A stretch of 32,000 bases of DNA from Kiritimatiella glycovorans (lineage in GTDB: Bacteria > Verrucomicrobiota > Kiritimatiellia > Kiritimatiellales > Kiritimatiellaceae). A model generated the notes under the pieces. The model worked only from the letters and a program-made list of their open reading frames with translations, searched no databases and was not told the origin of the DNA. Numbering within the stretch: the first letter of the stretch is position 1; each line of letters begins with the position of its first letter. Both the position numbers and the translations under genes were made by a program. Shown here piece after piece: positions 15,008-21,028 of the stretch. The stretch spans positions 840,001 to 872,000 of the forward strand of contig NZ_CP010904.1 in assembly GCF_001017655.1 (NCBI RefSeq), in the 5' to 3' direction.

Positions 15008-15992
15008 AAACAATCCCGATACGCCGGCGGAAGTGCTCGTGGGATTCTTCGTCTTTATCGTGCTTCTGGCGCTCGGCATCTTCACGATCGTGCTCAGCAG
15101 GGAGAATGTCTTCGAGAAGTCCTATCCGCTGGAGGTGTCCTTCGAAGACGTCGGCGGACTGCGCGAAGGCGATAATGTGTTCATGCGGGGTGTCCGCATC
15201 GGCAGCGTGAAGGATATCCGCATCGGCGACCGGGGCGTGACGGTCACGGCGAAACTCGAGCAGCCGGTGGACCTGCACCGCGGATACCGGATCGAAGTGC
15301 AGGCCACCTCGGTCCTGGGCGGGAAGTTCATGAATATCCATGAGGGAGACCCCCGCACGCCGCGCATTCCCGACGATGCCGTTCCCGAGGGTCGCGTGCC
15401 GGTCGACCTGATCGATGAGGCTTCCGAGGTGGTCCGGCGACTGAATGAAGCCTTCGGCGAGGGCGGGGTCGTGGCCAATCTCGAGGACTCCATGGAGAAC
15501 GTGAACGCGATCACGCGGGACCTGCGCGAAGGCAAAGGTACCATGGGACGTCTGATCCGCGAGGACACGCTGTATCGCGACCTCGAGATGATCCTGGCCG
15601 ACCTGCGGGAGGTGAGCGGGCGCCTCCGCAGCGGACGGGGCACGATCGGCAAGCTGCTCTCGGAGGACGATACGCTGTACCGCGATTTGAGCGAGGCGGC
15701 GTCGTCGCTGAAAAATGTGGCCGCCCGCCTCGAATCCGGCGAGGGCACCCTCGGCCGTCTGATCCACGACGACGGCGAGGTGTACCGGAACCTGGATGAG
15801 ACCAGCGCTTCGCTCAAGCGTATCGCCGCGGGGCTGGAACGGGGCGAAGGCACGCTGGGTAAGCTGATCCGGGACGAGGGCCTGTACAACGAAGTGGACC
15901 AGCTGATCGAAGAACTTCGCGCCGCCGTGGACGACGCTCGCGAGGCGACCCCGGTCACGACCTTCAGTTCCGTGGTGTTCGGCGCGCTCTGA
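14997..15992 (+). CDS. mlaD: MCE-domain substrate-binding protein MlaD with an extended repeat-containing C-terminus
   Basis: GTG start 6 nt after AAGGAGAAG; 11-nt overlap with mlaF. N-terminal TM helix VLVGFFVFIVLLALGIFTIVL. MCE core: SFEDVGGLREGDNVFMRGVRIGSV. Four ~35-aa repeats follow, each with a GxGTxGxL...LYxxL pattern. Confidence 0.8.
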   Translation: MKLKNNPDTPAEVLVGFFVFIVLLALGIFTIVLSRENVFEKSYPLEVSFEDVGGLREGDNVFMRGVRIGSVKDIRIGDRGVTVTAKLEQPVDLHRGYRIEVQATSVLGGKFMNIHEGDPRTPRIPDDAVPEGRVPVDLIDEASEVVRRLNEAFGEGGVVANLEDSMENVNAITRDLREGKGTMGRLIREDTLYRDLEMILADLREVSGRLRSGRGTIGKLLSEDDTLYRDLSEAASSLKNVAARLESGEGTLGRLIHDDGEVYRNLDETSASLKRIAAGLERGEGTLGKLIRDEGLYNEVDQLIEELRAAVDDAREATPVTTFSSVVFGAL

Positions 15993-16017
15993 GGCCGACA
16001 TCCGGCGCCTCCTTCTT

Positions 16018-17067
16018 ATGCCGTCGATCTGTCCGTACTGTCACCGGCCGGCCGGTCATGCGCGGCGCTGCAGCCGCTGCGGCCGGGTGCGGTCTGCGCG
16101 CTCCACGGCATTCCTGCGGTCCGCGGCATTCCTGCGGTCCGCGGCTCCCCTGGTCCTCGCCGCCGCCTATCTATGCGTGTCTTTCGGATGCGTGCACGAA
16201 GCCGTTCCGGGCCTGTTTCATCTCTGCGGAGCAGGAACGAAGCTCCGTCTGCGCGGAACTCTGAGCGCTCCTGCGACCGGTCTCTCGGAGGGGGCTCTGC
16301 TCGAAGTCTCCGGCGGAGGCCGCGTCGTGAACCTCCGGATTCCAGTGCCTCGCGAGGCCCTGCCGTCGTTCCGTCCCGGCGACCGAGTCGTCGCGCAGGG
16401 ACGTAAGGTCATGCGGAACCGGGAGCCGGTGCTGCGCGTGCCTTCGGTGCGTTGTCTGGAGATACGGCCCCTTCGCGCCATTCAATGGTCCGGCGCGGAT
16501 CCCGCCGCACTCGATCGTTATGCGCCCGTCACGGCGTCGGGTCGTGTGACATCCGTCCGTATACCCGCCCGCGGTCTGGGGCGGCCCTGGTGTCTGGTGC
16601 TGGAGGAGCGAGGGGTCCGTGTTCCCGTGTATTTCAGGGCCTCGCTTTACGAGGCGATCCCGGACCGGGCCGCGTTGAGGCGGGGCGCCCGCGTGCGGGT
16701 CCGCGCCCTGCGGGATCGGCTGGAGGGGCAGCCCGCGCTGAGGCTGACCGATCCGGAGGCCCTGCGGGTCCTGGAGCACGCCGAGGCGGGGCGGCGCCGG
16801 TTCGCGGCGCAGTGGGGGCCGGCGCGGGTCGGCGCAACCGTGACCCGCACGGGGCGTCTATGCCGCCTGGCGACGCCGGCCACGGGACGCAACCGCCCCG
16901 GACTTGCCCTGTTCCGCGACCGGACAGGCTACTGGAGCGCGGTCTTCTGGGACCCGGCCCTGGCCGGGAGCTGGCGTCCCGGCGGCTGGTACCGGGTCCG
17001 GGGCACGATCGAACTCTACCGGGGCGAGATCGAAATGCGCGCCGGGAGCGCGGAAGCGGTCCGCTGA
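16018..17067 (+). CDS. Hypothetical Arg-rich protein: N-terminal CxxC...CxxC zinc-ribbon-like motif, one TM helix, three OB-fold-like repeats
   Basis: CPYC-x12-CSRC at the N-terminus and the TM helix APLVLAAAYLCVSFGCV. There are three segments of the type G-x-RV-x-V/A-x-G-...-L-x-V/L (GDRVVAQGRKV...PVLRV; GARVRVRALRD...PALRL; GWYRVRGTIELYRGEIEMR), reminiscent of tRNA_anti-type OB folds. The product call is weak. Confidence 0.45.
   Translation: MPSICPYCHRPAGHARRCSRCGRVRSARSTAFLRSAAFLRSAAPLVLAAAYLCVSFGCVHEAVPGLFHLCGAGTKLRLRGTLSAPATGLSEGALLEVSGGGRVVNLRIPVPREALPSFRPGDRVVAQGRKVMRNREPVLRVPSVRCLEIRPLRAIQWSGADPAALDRYAPVTASGRVTSVRIPARGLGRPWCLVLEERGVRVPVYFRASLYEAIPDRAALRRGARVRVRALRDRLEGQPALRLTDPEALRVLEHAEAGRRRFAAQWGPARVGATVTRTGRLCRLATPATGRNRPGLALFRDRTGYWSAVFWDPALAGSWRPGGWYRVRGTIELYRGEIEMRAGSAEAVR
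16107..16142 (+). repeat. Perfect 18-bp in-frame tandem duplication inside the CDS
   Basis: ggcattcctgcggtccgc occurs at 16107-16124 and again at 16125-16142, encoding AFLRSA twice. Confidence 0.9.
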
Positions 17068-17097
17068 CGTTGAAGGCCATGAGGAGCATGAAGGGGT

Positions 17098-17193
17098 GAA
17101 CATAACCCGTACTCGCACTCGTACGAGTACTCGGAGCGCCGAAGGCGCGATCCCACTCCCGATGTTCAAGGAACTCGAGTACGAATTATGTTC
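17098..17193. repeat. Imperfect inverted repeat / long hairpin just downstream of the 16018-17067 CDS
   Basis: The arm gaacataacccgtactcg (17098-17115) pairs with cgagtacgaattatgttc (17176-17193) as 8 bp + a 3-nt mismatch + 7 bp. The interior holds the palindrome actcgtacgagt and the small hairpin gcgcc-gaa-ggcgc (17136-17148). Confidence 0.6.
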
Positions 17194-17354
17194 TCTCTGA
17201 ATCCCGATTTCGACTTCGATTCGGATTTCGAGATCCCATCCGTGTCATCGGTGTAATCCGGTGCCGAAAACACAAGAAAGGTCTCTCGCCAAGGCGCAGA
17301 GATCGCAAAGATGAATGAGAAGAGCACAGGCAAAGAGATAGCGTTCTCTCTTAT

Positions 17355-17537
17355 GTTCGTAGTAGGCCCGCAGGTCCGCGCAGCGGAAAAAGTTCGTAGT
17401 AGGCCCGCAGGCCTGCGAAGCAGGGCCAGGGCCGTTATCTTCACGCGCCTGGCCTGCCGGGGGGCAGGCGTGCGGCGCTACTACGAACGATATCACGCGC
17501 CTTGGCCCTTCGGGCGCTTACGGCGCTACTACGAACG
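17355..17537. repeat. Four copies of a ~40-50-nt element headed by the invariant 11-mer GTTCGTAGTAG (two forward, two reverse); candidate structured RNA or operator array
   Basis: gttcgtagtaggcccgcagg occurs at 17355 and 17392. cggcgctactacgaac occurs at 17473-17488 and 17521-17536, whose reverse complement is gttcgtagtagcgccg. Each head is followed by a GC-rich hairpin-prone segment (gcaggcctgc; gcctgcc-cccc-ggcaggc; gccc-gaa-gggc). 17392-17489 forms an imperfect ~98-nt palindrome. Confidence 0.7.
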
Positions 17538-17688
17538 TTTGTCGTCTCCCATCCCGCCTCTTCCCCGAATGGCTCCACCACAAAAAGCCGCGAACAACCA
17601 AAAATCTGCGAAGAACCAGAATGTCTCGACAGGCCGGGGAGGAATATAGAGACTACGCCCCCTGACACGGGAACCGGGACAGGAGCGT

Positions 17689-18222
17689 ATGGCCGAGGAA
17701 GGCACCCCTGAAGATCATGGCGCAGCGGCGGCGTTTCCGCTGTGGCGGCGTCTGCTGATGAACAAGGAACACCCGGTGCTCCAGTTCATCAAGTACGGTA
17801 TCGCCGGCGGCCTCGCTTCGGGGGTCGACGCCACCGTGTTTTATCTGCTCGCGTGGCTCCTCATTCCCGCCTTAAGCCCTACCGACCCCTTTGTGAAGAT
17901 ATTCGGGCTCGAGGTCGAGCCGATCAGCGAGGCGGTGCGGTTGCGTCACTACTGGATCGACAAGACGATCGCGTTTCTCTTTTCCAATTTCACCGCCTAC
18001 CTGATGAACATCTTTTTCGTCTTCCGTTCCGGCCGGCATAAGCGCCATCACGAACTCATGATGTTCTACGGTGCCGCGATTCTGAGTTTCCTGATCGGGA
18101 CATGGCTGGGCGGACTGCTGATCGAAGTCGGATTTGAAACCACGTACTCTTACATCGGCGCCGTCGTTGCGGCGGTACTGATCAATTTCACCTGCCGCAA
18201 GTTCTTCATTTTTCACAGCTGA
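17689..18222 (+). CDS. GtrA-family polytopic membrane protein
   Basis: GtrA-like pattern LQFIKYGIAGGLASGVDATVFYLL ... FSNFTAYLMNIFFVF ... INFTCRKFFIF, with four predicted TM helices. An alternative start is the ATG at 17758 (MNKEHPVLQF). Confidence 0.75.
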   Translation: MAEEGTPEDHGAAAAFPLWRRLLMNKEHPVLQFIKYGIAGGLASGVDATVFYLLAWLLIPALSPTDPFVKIFGLEVEPISEAVRLRHYWIDKTIAFLFSNFTAYLMNIFFVFRSGRHKRHHELMMFYGAAILSFLIGTWLGGLLIEVGFETTYSYIGAVVAAVLINFTCRKFFIFHS

Positions 18223-18853
18223 AGTGCGGTATCGCGGAGACGATCCTGCGCGCGCACTCCGTCTTGGAAATCGTGCCCCAGTCGTCGAACGTCCCGTCCG
18301 CCGCCGTGAGCAGGGCGCACGTCAGCGTATCGCGCTCCATCGCCGCAGGCGTGTTCAGCAGGATGGCGTCGAGGTGTTTGCGTTGCATCTTGTCCCGCGC
18401 CTGCTCACGGCCGGAATCGCTCTGGAGCGCAAACCCGAGCGTCCACTGGCCGGCCCGTTTGGAGCGGCAGAGTGTGGCGGCGACATCCGGCGTGGGATGG
18501 AACTCAAGTGTCAGGGTGCATTCCGATTTCGGCATTTTGCGGTCGCGGCACTCCGCCGGTTCGTAGTCGGCGACCGCGGCGGCGAACAGGGCCGCGTCGC
18601 AGGAGCGGAAAAGCACGCGACCGCGTTCCAGCATCTCCCGGGCCGAGGTGACCCTATGAAGAGTGAGGCTTTCGCCGGCGGGGAGCCGGGCGGGATCGAC
18701 GGGACCGGTCACGAAATCGACCTTCGCGCCGCGGCGCAGCGACTCGAGGGCCAGTTCGCGGCCCATGCGTCCGGAGGATGCGTTGCTCAGGAATCGCACG
18801 GGATCGAGGTGTTCGCGGGTCGGGCCCGAAAAGATGAGCACGCGCGGGCTCAT
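18206..18853 (-). CDS. coaB: Phosphopantothenate-cysteine ligase (CoaB domain as a stand-alone gene)
   Basis: MSPRVLIFSGPTREHLDPVRFLSNASSGRMG matches the CoaB signature (TAGPTxExIDPVRxIxNxSSGKMG). AAAVADY is also present. The ATG overlaps the coaC stop (ATGA). Confidence 0.8.
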   Translation of the reverse strand: MSPRVLIFSGPTREHLDPVRFLSNASSGRMGRELALESLRRGAKVDFVTGPVDPARLPAGESLTLHRVTSAREMLERGRVLFRSCDAALFAAAVADYEPAECRDRKMPKSECTLTLEFHPTPDVAATLCRSKRAGQWTLGFALQSDSGREQARDKMQRKHLDAILLNTPAAMERDTLTCALLTAADGTFDDWGTISKTECARRIVSAIPHFSCEK

Positions 18854-19419
18854 GAGACCGAATCAAGAATGGCCTGCACGATTTCCTCCGGCTCGCTCAT
18901 GCGGCCCGGACCCTCCGCCCCGCAGGCCGTAGGGCCGCGATCGGGTCCGATCTGTGCCCATCCGCGTTCGCGCAGGGTGGCGGCATTGGAGCCCACGACC
19001 TGCTTGGACCACATCAGGGGGTGCATGGCGGGACAGAAGATTCTCGCACAGGTTTCGGGCAGGGCGAGGGCGGCTCCGCAGACGACGTCGTCCGCGAAGC
19101 CGGCGGCGAGCTTGGCGATCAGATCAGCGGTTGCCGGGAGCACCGCGAAGACCGAGGCCTCGCATGCGGGGAAGAGATGCGGGTAGAGCCTCTCCGGGAC
19201 CCCGCCGGGGTCCTCCGGAAAGATGGTGGTCTGCACTTCACGCTGCGTCAGGGCCGCGAAGGTAAGCGGCTGCACAAAACGCGCCGCGGCCGGGGTCATC
19301 AACACATGCACCTCGAAATCCCGCTGCGTGAGCCGGCTGGCGACGGTCGCCGCCTTGCAGGCCGCGATGCCGCCGCCGATACCGAGAAGGATCTTCGTAT
19401 GTGCGCGTGGTTCACTCAT
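18850..19419 (-). CDS. coaC: Phosphopantothenoylcysteine decarboxylase flavoprotein (CoaC domain as a stand-alone gene)
   Basis: ILLGIGGGIAACK flavin-binding N-terminus, the PAMHPLMW motif (PxMNxxMW type), and ACGAEGPGRMSEPEEI. The start is taken as the ATG at 19419; an in-frame GTG at 19446 is also possible. Confidence 0.85.
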   Translation of the reverse strand: MSEPRAHTKILLGIGGGIAACKAATVASRLTQRDFEVHVLMTPAAARFVQPLTFAALTQREVQTTIFPEDPGGVPERLYPHLFPACEASVFAVLPATADLIAKLAAGFADDVVCGAALALPETCARIFCPAMHPLMWSKQVVGSNAATLRERGWAQIGPDRGPTACGAEGPGRMSEPEEIVQAILDSVS

Positions 19420-19462
19420 GCACCGCAGCCCGCTCGTTCCCGACACCCTGGACGGGAGAGCC

Positions 19463-20026
19463 TCAGACCTCCATCATTTCAGTGGTCTTGGCCTCGAGCA
19501 TCTCGTCCATGCTCTTGATGTGCCGGTCGGTGAGCTTCTGGGTCTCCTCCAGCGCGTCGTCACGATCGTCTTCCGTGATATCGCCGTTCTTCTGGAGCTG
19601 TTTGATCTGATCGTTCGCCTCGCGGCGGACGTTGCGTACCGCCACGCGCTGCTCTTCCGTCATCCGCTTCGCCACCTTGCTCAGCTCCTCGCGCCTCTCC
19701 TCGGTCAGCTCCGGGATCGGAATACGGATGATGCGCCCGTCGTTCATCGGGGTGATCCCGAGATTTGCGGCCGTGATCGCTTTTTCGATCGCCTGCAGCG
19801 ACGAGGGATCGAACGGCGAGATCGTAATCAGCCGGGCCTCCGGCGTGGCGATGTTCGCGATATCGCGGAGCCGGGTCGGGGTGCCGTAGTAATCCACGGT
19901 GATATTCTCGACCAGGCTCGGCGACGCCTTTCCGGTGCGGAGTCCGGAAAGCTCATCCTGCAGGTATTCCACGGCCTTATCCATGCGCTCGCGGGTGTCT
20001 TTAAGTACGTCCTCGAGGGTGTTCAT
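19463..20026 (-). CDS. frr: Ribosome recycling factor
   Basis: 187 aa, full-length Frr pattern: RTGKASPSLVENITVDYYG, PFDPSSLQAIEKAI, LTEERRKEL-type segment, KNGDITEDD. It lies directly downstream of pyrH, as is usual. Confidence 0.93.
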   Translation of the reverse strand: MNTLEDVLKDTRERMDKAVEYLQDELSGLRTGKASPSLVENITVDYYGTPTRLRDIANIATPEARLITISPFDPSSLQAIEKAITAANLGITPMNDGRIIRIPIPELTEERREELSKVAKRMTEEQRVAVRNVRREANDQIKQLQKNGDITEDDRDDALEETQKLTDRHIKSMDEMLEAKTTEMMEV

Positions 20027-20044
20027 AGTCGTTCCTCCTTCCGG

Positions 20045-20773
20045 CTACTGATGGACGAGGGTTCCCACGGGCTCGCTTTCGAACACGCGAACCATCTCGT
20101 TTTTCTTGAAAAAATTAAACACCACGATGGGGATCTCGTTGTCCATACAGAGCGAAAAAGCGGCGGCGTCCATAACGCGAAGCTGCTTTTTCAGCGCCTC
20201 GTCGTAGGTCACGCTCTCGTAGCGAACCGCGTCGGAGTTCTCCATCGGATCCTTGTCATAGATGCCGTCGACCTTGGTGCCCTTCATCAGCAGATCGGCG
20301 CGGATTTCGGTCGCGCGCAGCGCCGCGGCGCTGTCGGTGGTGAAATAGGGATTCCCGGTGCCGGCGCCGAAGATGACCACCCGGCCTTTTTCCAGGTGGC
20401 GCATCGCGCGGCGGCGGATGAAGGGCTCCGCCACGGCGGGCATCGAGATGGCCGTCATGGTTCTGGTCGGGATGTCGCGCTTCTCGAGCGCGGCCTGGAG
20501 CGCGAGGCTGTTGATGACGGTGGCGAGCATGCCCATGTGATCGCCGGCGGTGCGGTCCACGCCGGAGTCGACGCCCTTGAGGCCGCGGAAGATGTTGCCG
20601 CCGCCGACGACGATCGCGATTTCGGCCCCGCGATCCCTCAACTCCTGAAGCTGGGCCGCGAGCGAGGCGAGCACATCGGGGTCGATGCCCTGTCCCCCGT
20701 TGCGGGGTTGAAAGGCCTCCCCGCTCAACTTCAGAAGAACCCGTTTTACCCTGGGACGTGCCGGTGTATTCAT
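20045..20773 (-). CDS. pyrH: UMP kinase
   Basis: KRVLLKLSGEAF, IVVGGGNIFRG, RTAGDHMGMLATVINSLALQ, VVIFGAGTGNPYFTTDSAAALRA. Confidence 0.93.
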   Translation of the reverse strand: MNTPARPRVKRVLLKLSGEAFQPRNGGQGIDPDVLASLAAQLQELRDRGAEIAIVVGGGNIFRGLKGVDSGVDRTAGDHMGMLATVINSLALQAALEKRDIPTRTMTAISMPAVAEPFIRRRAMRHLEKGRVVIFGAGTGNPYFTTDSAAALRATEIRADLLMKGTKVDGIYDKDPMENSDAVRYESVTYDEALKKQLRVMDAAAFSLCMDNEIPIVVFNFFKKNEMVRVFESEPVGTLVHQ

Positions 20774-20852
20774 GTTGCTCCGCGTGGTTTCGGAGGAGTG
20801 TACGGAAATCGTTGCCGTGAGGAAAGGGTTTGTTGAGGCTTTGAAGAGTTTG

Positions 20853-21028
20853 AAACCTGAAACTTGAGTGTTCCTGCTTTTTCTTACTCAGGTCTCAGCT
20901 CTCAGGTTTCAAACTCAAATTCAAACTCTGATTCTGACTCTGACTCTGACTCTGACTCAGACTCTGATTCTGACTCTGACTCTAACTCTGATTCTGACTC
21001 AGACTCTGACTCCTCTCCCTCATCCCCC
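20853..21028 (-). repeat. Composite repeat element, copy R3 (purine-rich strand is -), with a 17-unit hexanucleotide tract
   Basis: Seventeen consecutive hexamers of consensus WGAYTC on the + strand (20911-21012; GAGTCA-type on the - strand). On the - strand the head is GGGGGATGAGGGAG, and its TGA is the stop codon of the 21020-22204 gene. The tail is cctgagagctgagacctgagtaag, with three TGAs at 7-nt spacing followed by TAA. Confidence 0.85.

Noticed and set aside
17311-17649. A 112-aa + strand ORF and four other 69-92-aa ORFs in the non-coding island.
   Set aside because: They are mutually overlapping on both strands and translate through the inverted repeats, so the same repeats appear as peptide repeats FVVGPQV/VRSRPAG and RRYYER. 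None has an RBS or a recognisable domain.
17068-17688. A possible known housekeeping RNA (SRP/4.5S, tmRNA, RNase P, 6S) or tRNA in the long non-coding gap.
   Set aside because: I looked for several hallmark sequences. These were the SRP domain IV core (GGUCCGGAAGGAAGCAGCC), the RNase P core (GAGGAAAGUCCGGGC), the tmRNA 3' end (tRNA-like GGUUCGAUUCC...CCA) and T-loop GGTTCGA. None is present. The gcaggcctgcgaagcaggg segment only superficially resembles the SRP motif.
19223-20836. A 537-aa + strand ORF.
   Set aside because: It is antisense to frr and pyrH, both of which are unambiguous. There are no motifs and it spans their intergenic gap.
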